Shown here: positions 8,992-16,305 of the stretch, in pieces | Layout: the number at the start of each line of letters is the position of its first letter | Numbering within the stretch: the first letter of the stretch is position 1 | NCBI GenBank assembly: GCA_903844845.1 | Contig: CAIMVG010000021.1 | Span: 6,785 to 70,784 of the forward strand | DNA from: an uncultured Dehalococcoidia bacterium | GTDB lineage: Bacteria; Chloroflexota; Dehalococcoidia; Dehalococcoidales; UBA1222 | Direction of reading: 5' to 3' | Length of the DNA stretch: 64,000 bases | Made by a program: the position numbers and the translations under genes | The notes under the pieces: generated by a model | The model's database searches: none | What the model was told of the DNA's origin: nothing | What the model saw: the letters and a program-made list of their open reading frames with translations, nothing else

Positions 8992-9714
8992 TTAATGGAC
9001 TTTCCCTGCGGCCCTGCCGACTTCCTCTGTCTCGCTTTTCGAAAGGCCTGATTCCTTGACCTTGCCCGCCCATTCCGCCGCTTCGCGGAGCACCCTCGAG
9101 ACCTCGTCGGGGAAAAGCACGATTTCCTGTGTAGGCGAGTCTACCAGCCCTTTCTTGAAAGCCTCCGCCCATTCTTCTTTGGATTCGGCGGCGTAAGTCT
9201 CCTCCCAGCATTTCCGGAAGGTGCCGGGATGGCGGAACCCCACCGCAGCCCCCTGCCTCAAAGCCAGGTAGGCATTCTTGTCGAGAGTTTCCATGTCGTA
9301 CTGTTTTTCAGCCGCCCAGCTCGATTTGTCGCCGTCGATAAAGTCTTTATCGTGGAAATCGATGCCCACGCTTGCCAGCAGGGGCACCAGGTAAAGCTCG
9401 AGCAGGCTGGAGGGCGGGGCTTTGGGCTTGGCAAGCAGCCCGGCGCTTTCTTCGCCCAGGTATCGTTCGACTTCGGCGGGGTCTGCGCCCGTTTCGAATA
9501 ACAGCTTTGTGAGCAGTCCGATTTTCTTCTGAAGGCCGTAGCCCAGCAGTCCCCCGGTCTGAAAAAGCCAGTAGCTGAAGATGAAAAACATCGGACCGGC
9601 GAGCATATAAGGCCTCTGCCGTATGTCGCGTTTTATCAGGTCATGCCCGGCCTCCTGGGCGAGATGTTCGGCCAGAGGCGGGATGATTCTTTTGTGGGGC
9701 GTTTTGTCAGTCAT
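8992..9714 (-). CDS. Hypothetical protein (240 aa, one predicted TM)
   Basis: Long ORF with no family recognised. Confidence 0.5.
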   Translation of the reverse strand: MTDKTPHKRIIPPLAEHLAQEAGHDLIKRDIRQRPYMLAGPMFFIFSYWLFQTGGLLGYGLQKKIGLLTKLLFETGADPAEVERYLGEESAGLLAKPKAPPSSLLELYLVPLLASVGIDFHDKDFIDGDKSSWAAEKQYDMETLDKNAYLALRQGAAVGFRHPGTFRKCWEETYAAESKEEWAEAFKKGLVDSPTQEIVLFPDEVSRVLREAAEWAGKVKESGLSKSETEEVGRAAGKVH

Positions 9715-9761
9715 GGTTTACTCCGCAGGATGTTCATTGATTTTATTATACACGACCGGGG

Positions 9762-9965
9762 TTATCTGACTACTTTACATAAATCTTTAACAGCAAACTT
9801 TTTTCGGGGAAACAAATCGATTTGCTGTGCCTGAATTTTTAGCTCCCGGGCATCGATTCGTTTCTTCGTTTTGCCAAAACGGATGCGATAATCTGCGTTT
9901 ATCCGATATATCCGAGCCGTATCCTTGATCGGGCCCGGAAGATGCGGGGGTGGAGGTGATTTCAT
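9762..9965 (-). pseudogene. Possible truncated RelE/ParE-fold toxin remnant
   Basis: The 67-aa ORF contains ARIYRINADYRIRFGK, resembling the G-x-YRIRVGDYRIIY core strand of RelE/ParE toxins. The N-terminal helices are absent and no antitoxin ORF is adjacent. Confidence 0.2.
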
Positions 9966-10284
9966 ATTAGCACGTATGTTCTGATATATCCACCTGCCCC
10001 CGCATTTACGCGTGGATTGCGGGGAAATTAATGGCCTTTAAAGAAGGATACCCACTTTGCCCGGCCAGACGCGAAATAAGTTTTCCTTTTGCCCTCGGAG
10101 AAATAGGTGCGTCGCTTACAAGCGTATTTCCTTACACTTCATGACCAAACCCCACCAAGAAACAAGGGGTAATTGAGTTAGCAAACTAGCATGAGAGTAT
10201 TAAATGTTTGTAAACCCAATTGACCCCTCAAAGACCAGGAGGTCGATCAGCCTCCCCCTGAAAATTTGAGGAGCTCGGCGGTTG

Positions 10285-10446
10285 CTAAAATATGTGTAAT
10301 GCTGCGCTCAACAGCCAGATGATTATAAGGATTAGAGCGATTACCAGTAATACATGGACTCCTCCGCCCAATGTGCGGCCCGAAATCAGGCCAAGCAGCC
10401 ATAAGACTAACAGAACAATACCGATAATCAACAGCAGTGAAATCAT
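10285..10446 (-). CDS. lmo0937-family small membrane protein (53 aa), not in the supplied ORF track
   Basis: My own translation gives MISLLLIIGIVLLVLWLLGLISGRTLGGGVHVLLVIALILIIIWLLSAALHIF. Strong SD (AGGAGGGAAT ATG). The pattern LLVLWLLGL-x-SG-x-TLGG-x-IH-x-LLVIA matches my recollection of the lmo0937 family. Confidence 0.6.
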   Translation of the reverse strand: MISLLLIIGIVLLVLWLLGLISGRTLGGGVHVLLVIALILIIIWLLSAALHIF

Positions 10447-10479
10447 ATTCCCTCCTATTTGCTAAGATTACTTATCCTT

Positions 10480-10896
10480 TTAGAACCAACCGAAGTAATG
10501 GCCGAGGGCGATGATTCCGGCAACAATCAGATAAAGCCCGAAGATGTAGTTGAGAATTGCAGGAACGAACATCACGACAATGCCGATGGCGAGCGTGATG
10601 ATCCCGGCTATCATGGCCGAAGCGCCGAACCAGAGCCATAAGCCAAGCAGTATTAGGTAGAACCCCACAAGGTAATTGAGCACATTCGGGAAGAATATGA
10701 TGATAATCCCGAAGAGAATCGATACCATGCCTGGAAGAAGGCTACCTCCGGCAATCCACCCCACACCGGTAATTATCATTACGATTGCGATGATGTAGTT
10801 CAAGATGCGGGGAAAAGCCATGACTATTACACCAAAGAATACCGCCGCTATTCCTGCCACCAGCCCGTTAATGGCTGGGAATCCCAAAGCTTCCAT
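10480..10896 (-). CDS. Membrane protein built from three tandem ~45-aa repeats (F/V-P-x2-LNY motif; DUF3096-like)
   Basis: The three repeats read AFPRILNYIIAIVMIITGVGW, FFPNVLNYLVGFYLILLGLW and FVPAILNYIFGLYLIVAGII. SD AGGAGGTG lies upstream. Confidence 0.65.
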   Translation of the reverse strand: MEALGFPAINGLVAGIAAVFFGVIVMAFPRILNYIIAIVMIITGVGWIAGGSLLPGMVSILFGIIIIFFPNVLNYLVGFYLILLGLWLWFGASAMIAGIITLAIGIVVMFVPAILNYIFGLYLIVAGIIALGHYFGWF

Positions 10897-11475
10897 TATT
10901 CACCTCCTGTTTCCTTTGGATAAAACAACGCCAAGGTTAACGAACTATCGTCGATATCTCCTAAATCAATCCTATCAGCGCCAAAACAACGCCACCAATT
11001 TCGGTGGGGATATTGTGAAAACTTAGCCAACTCACCATGGCTGCCACTCCACGAATGAGGGATAGACCATCATGTTTACCTGTCCTGATAGGGGAGTCAT
11101 ACGCCCATCGGCAGAAGGCCTAAAAATTTTTCCCGCCAGATCAGATCTTTCCTGAGTATATTGATAAATCATTACAAAATCACAAAATAGGTAGTTGAAT
11201 AATTAAATAGTTGATACATTTGGGAGGAGTGAAAGTCGTCTCCACTACGGATTATTCGGAGAGTTATCAATAAGCACCCAACTTTGCGCAAATAGGAATA
11301 TGGTTTCTTTCTCCCCGGCCTTAACCGCTGTTGGAGATCGGCTCATGTATCGGGATGCCCCATACCCCTCCCGGTCATGGTCGGACTTGCTTGTAGCCGG
11401 GTGTGAGCAGAGTGATCCGACAATCCAGGTTTCGGGGGATCAGTCGGGCCGCTTCGGGATGGAATGTGGTTTTTC

Positions 11476-11513
11476 CTTTTTTATAGTGTCGGAATGATAT
11501 GGGCAGATGTCGC
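11476..11513 (+). repeat. Copy A of a conserved upstream element (CTTTTTTATAGTGTCGGAATGATAT + GGGCAGATGTCGC)
   Basis: The 25-nt block is identical to the reverse complement of 58246-58270. The following 13 nt match at 10 of 13 positions. It is centred ~73 nt upstream of the predicted hisA TSS. Confidence 0.7.
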
Positions 11514-11528
11514 TTTGGCTTGTCTTCA

Positions 11529-11557
11529 ATGACACCCCGCCCTCCTGATGTTATAAT
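11529..11557 (+). promoter_or_regulatory. Sigma70-like promoter of hisA (ATGACA-N17-TGtTATAAT, extended -10)
   Basis: Hexamers read directly: -35 at 11529-11534 and -10 at 11552-11557, with TG at 11549-11550. Confidence 0.55.
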
Positions 11558-11587
11558 ATTTCCGTATTCTGCTTTGAGGAGATTCCC

Positions 11588-12304
11588 ATAGAAGTCATTC
11601 CGGCCATCGATATCCGCGGCGGCAAATGCGTCCGCCTTTACCAGGGCGATTTCAATCTTGAAACGGTGTTTTCGAACGATCCCCTCGAGATGGCACTCCA
11701 GTGGCAGTCGCTGGGAGCCACAAGGCTTCACATCGTCGACCTGGATGGGGCCGCTACCGGTGAACCGGGGAATCTCGACATAATATCCGCCATCGCCTCG
11801 ACGATTTTCATCCCCATCGAAGTCGGCGGGGGCATCCGCAGTGTCGCCACCATGGAAAAACTGCTCAAACTGGGCGCTGACCGCGTTGTGCTTGGAACTT
11901 CTGCTGTAAATAATCCGGAAATGATAACCGAAGCCTGCCGCAAATTTTGCCAGGCCATAGTCGTCTCCATCGATGCGAGGGGCGGTTTTGTAGCCACTCA
12001 CGGCTGGAAGAAAGCCACCGAAATATCGGTGGTGAACTTCGCCCGGTCGCTCGTGGACCTGGGCGTCCGTCGCTTCGTTTACACCGATATCAGCCGCGAC
12101 GGCACCCTTACCGAGCCGAATTACACCGGGCTCTTCGAACTGATGGATACCACCAAGTTCCCCATTGTCGCTTCAGGCGGCATCTCATCGGTCATGCATC
12201 TCAAAGTACTGAAGAAACTGGGCGCCGAAGGCGCGATCATCGGCCGGGCGCTCTATACGGGGGCCATAAACCTCGCCCAGGCCCTGGCTGCTGTCGAAAG
12301 TTAG
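11588..12304 (+). CDS. hisA: HisA, 1-(5-phosphoribosyl)-5-[(5-phosphoribosylamino)methylideneamino]imidazole-4-carboxamide isomerase
   Basis: Motifs LHIVDLDGA, GGGIRS and ASGGISS are present. The conserved N-terminus (E)VIPAIDIRGGKCVRLYQGDF lies upstream of the track's GTG (11666). No ATG/GTG/TTG is in frame back to the stop at 11546-11548. I therefore propose ATA at 11588, 6 nt after GAGGAG. Confidence 0.85.
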   Translation: MEVIPAIDIRGGKCVRLYQGDFNLETVFSNDPLEMALQWQSLGATRLHIVDLDGAATGEPGNLDIISAIASTIFIPIEVGGGIRSVATMEKLLKLGADRVVLGTSAVNNPEMITEACRKFCQAIVVSIDARGGFVATHGWKKATEISVVNFARSLVDLGVRRFVYTDISRDGTLTEPNYTGLFELMDTTKFPIVASGGISSVMHLKVLKKLGAEGAIIGRALYTGAINLAQALAAVES

Positions 12305-12324
12305 TTTTATCCTGGAGGGGTTAA

Positions 12325-12654
12325 ATGCTGAATATCAAATATGACGACAAGGGGCTTGTGCCCGCCATCATCCAGGATGCTGAATTCAACGATGTCCTGA
12401 TGCTGGGTTACATGAACGCCGAAGCCCTGAAATTGACCATGGAAAGCGGCCATGCCTGGTTCTGGAGCCGCAGCCGCCAGGAATTGTGGCACAAAGGCGC
12501 CACGTCAGGGAATTATCTTAAAGTCGTCGAAGTGCGGTACGACTGCGATATCGACGCGATCTTGGTGAAAGCCAATCCGATGGGCCCCACCTGCCACACC
12601 GGCGAGCGTAGCTGTTTTTTCAGAAAGCTTATTGCCGAGGACCTGCAGGATTAA
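12325..12654 (+). CDS. hisI: Phosphoribosyl-AMP cyclohydrolase HisI
   Basis: [23 protein letters not shown] and DCDIDAILV...[12 protein letters not shown] are typical HisI motifs. Confidence 0.9.
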   Translation: MLNIKYDDKGLVPAIIQDAEFNDVLMLGYMNAEALKLTMESGHAWFWSRSRQELWHKGATSGNYLKVVEVRYDCDIDAILVKANPMGPTCHTGERSCFFRKLIAEDLQD

Positions 12655-13573
12655 TTGCTGGCTCCGGCTCAATAACGCCGTCCGCTAATAAAACTTCCTT
12701 CAGGGCGGCGATGGCCACTTCCAGCATCTTATCGTCCGGCTGACGCGTGGTCAGGCTTTGCAGCCACAGGCCGGGCGCCACCAGCCATTGGATAAGCCTG
12801 TTTTCCATGTGCCTCGCCCCGTATTGAGTCACTTCGTAGGCTATGGCCGCGATGACCGGCAGCAGCAGGATGCGCGACACTATCAGGAGCCACAGGGACT
12901 GTTTTCCGACAAGGCTGAACACGAAGATAGCTATTATCAGCACTGCCAGCAGGAAAGCCGTTCCGCAGCGCGCATGGGCGGTAGAATATTCCTGTACCGC
13001 AGCCGGAGTCAGTTCCACACCGGCCTCGTAAGCATGGATAGTTTTGTGCTCCGCTCCGTGATAAGAGAAAACGCGCCGGATGTCCGGCATGAAGCCCACG
13101 CCGACGAGGTAGAGTAGAAAAATACACAGGCGAAGAACCCCTTCGACTATATTGAACGGCAGGCTGCCTTGCATCCCGGGCATTATCCATTTCGTCAGGA
13201 ACAGCGGCAGTAAAGAAAACAGCCCGACCGCAAATGCAAGGGAAACCATCAGGACGAGAAAAAGAGTTGCCCCGCCCAGGGTTGTGTTTTCTTTCCTTGT
13301 ATCCCCGGCTTTGGGTTTCTCGATATCTTCAAGCGCGACATTTGTGGAGAAGATAAGTGATTCCGTCCCGAGCACCATGGCTTCTATCATGGCGATAACG
13401 CCCCGGGAGAATGGCAGTTTGCGCCAGCGCCCGGTGTAGATGGGGTGCAATGGATGGACGTCCTTCGCAAGTGTCCCATCCGGTTTGCGCACGACGGTGG
13501 CTATGGTTTTCGCCCCCCGCATCATGACCCCTTCCATCACCGCCTGGCCGCCGTATCTGAATTTGTCTGCCAT
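12629..13573 (-). CDS. DUF1385-family membrane protein (YqhQ-like)
   Basis: [16 protein letters not shown] and YHGAEHK motifs are present. I prefer the ATG at 13573, preceded by AGGAG, over the track start at 13591. Confidence 0.8.
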   Translation of the reverse strand: MADKFRYGGQAVMEGVMMRGAKTIATVVRKPDGTLAKDVHPLHPIYTGRWRKLPFSRGVIAMIEAMVLGTESLIFSTNVALEDIEKPKAGDTRKENTTLGGATLFLVLMVSLAFAVGLFSLLPLFLTKWIMPGMQGSLPFNIVEGVLRLCIFLLYLVGVGFMPDIRRVFSYHGAEHKTIHAYEAGVELTPAAVQEYSTAHARCGTAFLLAVLIIAIFVFSLVGKQSLWLLIVSRILLLPVIAAIAYEVTQYGARHMENRLIQWLVAPGLWLQSLTTRQPDDKMLEVAIAALKEVLLADGVIEPEPAINPAGPRQ

Positions 13574-13581
13574 GACCACTC

Positions 13582-13620
13582 CTAAAAACAAAAAGGAGCG
13601 GACAAACGCCCGCTCCTTTT
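13582..13620 (-). terminator. Rho-independent terminator after rpmE
   Basis: AAAAGGAGCGG (13591-13601) pairs with CCGCTCCTTTT (13610-13620). A T-run follows on the minus strand. Confidence 0.7.
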
Positions 13621-13641
13621 GAGTTTACTGCAAGACCCGAC

Positions 13642-13878
13642 CTATTTAGCTTCCTTGGTTTCCGCAGTTGCTTTGGCTTCTTTGCCGTAGCGCTGTTTGA
13701 ACCTTTCAACCCGGCCGGCGGTGTCTATCATGCGCTTGCTTCCGGTGTAAAAAGGATGGCAGGCGCTGCAAAGCTCGACTTTCAGTGTCTTGCGGGTCGA
13801 ACCGGTAGTGAACACGTTACCGCAAGAGCAGGTAACCTGAGCGTCTTCGTAAAATTTGGGGTGAATTTTTTCTTTCAT
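13642..13878 (-). CDS. rpmE: 50S ribosomal protein L31 (Zn-ribbon type)
   Basis: [10 protein letters not shown]...CSCG...[10 protein letters not shown]. Confidence 0.95.
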   Translation of the reverse strand: MKEKIHPKFYEDAQVTCSCGNVFTTGSTRKTLKVELCSACHPFYTGSKRMIDTAGRVERFKQRYGKEAKATAETKEAK

Positions 13879-13881
13879 ATA

Positions 13882-14139
13882 CTAGCCTTCAGCGTAAACG
13901 CTGACCTTTCTGCGATTCTTGCCGGCGGGTTCGAATTTTACCACGCCGTCTACCGTGGCGTAGAGCGTGTGATCACGCCCGATACCTACGCTGTTGCCTG
14001 CTTTGACATGGGTGCCCATCTGGCGAACCAGGATGGTGCCGGAGGTGACAGTTTCGCCCCCGAAACGCTTGATTCCAAGCATCTTGGGCTTACTGTCGCG
14101 GCCGTTGCGGGATGAGCCCGCACCTTTTTTGTGAGCCAT
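13882..14139 (-). CDS. rpmA: 50S ribosomal protein L27
   Basis: [16 protein letters not shown]...LGIKRFGG. Confidence 0.95.
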   Translation of the reverse strand: MAHKKGAGSSRNGRDSKPKMLGIKRFGGETVTSGTILVRQMGTHVKAGNSVGIGRDHTLYATVDGVVKFEPAGKNRRKVSVYAEG

Positions 14140-14140
14140 T

Positions 14141-14530
14141 TTACGTTACCTCTTTCTTGGTGGTGCGGCGGGTCTTGGCGGCGGGCTTTTCAGCCGCGGG
14201 CGCCTCAGAAGCGATGCCGGGGCCGGTGATGCTGTTTATCGTCAGTTCGGTGAAGGATTGGCGATGCCCGATCCTGCGGCTGTAGCGCACCTTGGCTTTA
14301 TACTTCATACCGAAGACTTTTTTGTCGAGGCCGTCGCCCTTGCTGGTGCAAGAGACCTTGGCGCCTTCGATGACGGGCTTGCCCAGGATGAGGTTTTCCC
14401 CATCGTGGATGGCAAGAACACGGTCGATGTCGATAGTGCCGCCCTCGGCAACTTCGAGAGACTCAACCTTCAGGCTTTCGCCTGGGCTGACCTTATATTG
14501 TTTACCACCGGTTTCGATTATCGCGTAAAT
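14141..14530 (-). CDS. rplU: 50S ribosomal protein L21 with a Lys/Ala-rich C-terminal tail
   Basis: [13 protein letters not shown] is the canonical L21 N-terminus. The start is ambiguous. ATT at 14530 lies 7 nt after GGAGGTG and would give [12 protein letters not shown] at 14551 is the track start and sits at the predicted TSS. Confidence 0.9.
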   Translation of the reverse strand: MYAIIETGGKQYKVSPGESLKVESLEVAEGGTIDIDRVLAIHDGENLILGKPVIEGAKVSCTSKGDGLDKKVFGMKYKAKVRYSRRIGHRQSFTELTINSITGPGIASEAPAAEKPAAKTRRTTKKEVT

Positions 14531-14557
14531 AGTAACACCTCCGCTTGACAAAAGTTA

Positions 14558-14586
14558 ATTATAGCAAAGGAGGGTATCAGGGTCAA
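14558..14586 (-). promoter_or_regulatory. Consensus sigma70 promoter of rplU-rpmA-rpmE (TTGACC-N17-TATAAT)
   Basis: -35 is the reverse complement of 14581-14586 and -10 is the reverse complement of 14558-14563, with a 17-nt spacer. Confidence 0.7.
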
Positions 14587-14647
14587 ATATGTTGGTTTAT
14601 TAAAAAAGAGGCCTGTAAACCCTCAAAAACTGTGATTCGGGCTCAAG

Positions 14648-14974
14648 CTAGCGGGAAATCTCGTTCACGCTGAAATCAACGTCCGCCATATTGAGTTCAT
14701 ACGGATGGAAGACCCAGACAGGCCCTCCCAAGACATAGCTGCTGTGTTCGAACGTCCAGTAAGACGCAAGCTGGAAAGTCCTGTCGCCGACGGTAGGATA
14801 ATCGAACGAATAGAACCGGTCGGGCCAGATATTTTTGGTCGTTTTTATCTCGTATCTGATATCGGCGGGCATGTCAGATATCTTGGCGCCGCTGTTGTAA
14901 AAAACGCCGAAAGCCGCAAACCCCAAAATAAACACTAAAATTAAAGCAGTTGTGATCGATATCAATTTATTCAT
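14648..14974 (-). CDS. Small exported/anchored protein, unknown family (paralog 2 of tandem pair)
   Basis: 108 aa with an N-terminal hydrophobic segment. Shares NIWPD(R/Q)FYS, YWTFEH, GP(V/L)W and DVD(F/Y) with the neighbouring ORF. Confidence 0.6.
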   Translation of the reverse strand: MNKLISITTALILVFILGFAAFGVFYNSGAKISDMPADIRYEIKTTKNIWPDRFYSFDYPTVGDRTFQLASYWTFEHSSYVLGGPVWVFHPYELNMADVDFSVNEISR

Positions 14975-14999
14975 CTTGATTTAAACCGTACCCCCGATA

Positions 15000-15326
15000 T
15001 CAGGTGTTGATCCGGTAGACCGTGTAATCTACATCCTCCAACTTGAGTTCGCCGGAGTGATAGGTCCACAACGGACCGGCGAACAGGTGTTTGCCATGCT
15101 CGAACGTCCAGTAACCATTAAAGTATAGACTACGCGGCTCCGGCATGTCATATGAATCTGAATAAAATTGGTCCGGCCAGATGTTGGCGTTTACCGTAAC
15201 GTGGTACATAAGCCCTTTCGGCATGCCGGCCGATTTAAAATGATTGCTATTGGGTATACCGACGGCTGCAGACAGCGGAAATGTGACCATGGCGAGCATC
15301 AGTAATCCCATACCGAATCTTTGCAC
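15000..15326 (-). CDS. Small exported/anchored protein, unknown family (paralog 1 of tandem pair)
   Basis: 108 aa with a signal-like N-terminus. By eye it is roughly 35-40% identical to 14648-14974 across the mature region. Confidence 0.6.
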   Translation of the reverse strand: MQRFGMGLLMLAMVTFPLSAAVGIPNSNHFKSAGMPKGLMYHVTVNANIWPDQFYSDSYDMPEPRSLYFNGYWTFEHGKHLFAGPLWTYHSGELKLEDVDYTVYRINT

Positions 15327-15352
15327 GTTTCTTTCGTCCTATGCCACCATCA

Positions 15353-15763
15353 TCAGGCAGAAATGCCGGGTTCTCCATGAACGGTGTGTAACAAACGCAT
15401 TGACGGCCTGTATTCTGCGGAGGCATCGGGCGATTCCCAGACCTCTATCGAATAGAGTTCGAAACCGGGCAGTTTTTTCTGCAGTTCATTGTATATCGTG
15501 GATGCGAGGTTCTCTGAAGATGGATTGATGCCAGTGAACGGCGAAACTTCGTTCAGGTTAGTGTGGTCCAGGCGCTCCAGGACTTCGGCGAGCTTCGACT
15601 TCAATTCTCGAAAATCCAGTGCCAACCCAATGTCATTTAGCTGAGAAGCGCGAACCCTTGCAATCACCCTGAACCGGTGGCCGTGAAGGTTCTCGCATTT
15701 TCCCTGGTATCCCCTCAGGGCATGTGCGGCGTCGAAGTGCCCCTCTACCGTTATCTGGTACAT
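15353..15763 (-). CDS. 6-pyruvoyl-tetrahydropterin synthase / QueD family protein (context suggests a folate-pathway PTPS)
   Basis: HFDAAHALRGYQGKCENLHGHRF carries the CxxxHGH motif. It starts 2 nt after the folK stop. Confidence 0.8.
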   Translation of the reverse strand: MYQITVEGHFDAAHALRGYQGKCENLHGHRFRVIARVRASQLNDIGLALDFRELKSKLAEVLERLDHTNLNEVSPFTGINPSSENLASTIYNELQKKLPGFELYSIEVWESPDASAEYRPSMRLLHTVHGEPGISA

Positions 15764-15765
15764 CG

Positions 15766-16305
15766 TTACTTCTCCTCACCGGCTGTTTTTTCGGGCACAG
15801 TCTCAGGTGGCGGGAGGAATTTGAATACTCCCTGCACCCCCGATTTCAGGTCCGAGAGCATCTGTTTTACTGTTTTTCCGTTTACCGGATGCTTCAGGCC
15901 CGGTGCGATCTCTTCAAGGGGAACCAGGACGAAAGCCCGTTCCTGGATGTGGGGATGGGGGATGGTCAGGGACGGAGTGTCGATGATTTCCTTACCGTAA
16001 AACAGGATATCTATGTCCATTGGACGTGGGCTGTAAGGCGTTGAAGGCACGCGCCCGAGTTTGGACTCGATGCCTTTCAGCAGCGATAAAAGAACTTGCG
16101 GATCCAGTGTGGTGCGGGCAAGGGCCACCATATTCAGAAAACGCGGTTGATCCGGGTTTATTTCCGGAGCGGTGTCGTACACCGAGGATACTTTTTCAAC
16201 ATTCAGTCTTTCGGATAGAAAACCGATGGCTCTGTCGAGGTTCTGTTTGCGGTCACCGACATTTGAACCCAGGCCAAGATAAACACAAATTTGTTCCGTA
16301 TTCAT
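15766..16305 (-). CDS. folK: 2-amino-4-hydroxy-6-hydroxymethyldihydropteridine diphosphokinase FolK
   Basis: VYLGLGSNVGDR...VSSVYDTAP...RPMDIDILFY is the HPPK pattern. It overlaps folP by 4 nt. Confidence 0.85.
   Translation of the reverse strand: MNTEQICVYLGLGSNVGDRKQNLDRAIGFLSERLNVEKVSSVYDTAPEINPDQPRFLNMVALARTTLDPQVLLSLLKGIESKLGRVPSTPYSPRPMDIDILFYGKEIIDTPSLTIPHPHIQERAFVLVPLEEIAPGLKHPVNGKTVKQMLSDLKSGVQGVFKFLPPPETVPEKTAGEEK

Noticed and set aside
11084-11125. Resemblance to a fluoride (crcB) riboswitch on the minus strand (GCCGAUGGGCG...AUGACUCCCCUAUC).
   Set aside because: Only short fragments resemble the consensus. The P1 pairing, the GGAGU/ACUCC pseudoknot partner and the spacing do not fit, and the downstream gene is not a known fluoride-regulon member.
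11375-12001. 208-aa reverse-strand ORF overlapping hisA and extending into the upstream intergenic region.
   Set aside because: Most of it is antisense to a well-supported hisA gene. The 71-aa non-overlapping tail (…RHLPISFRHYKKGKTTFHPEAARL…) matched no family I could name and contains the conserved upstream DNA element. It is most likely a chance open frame.
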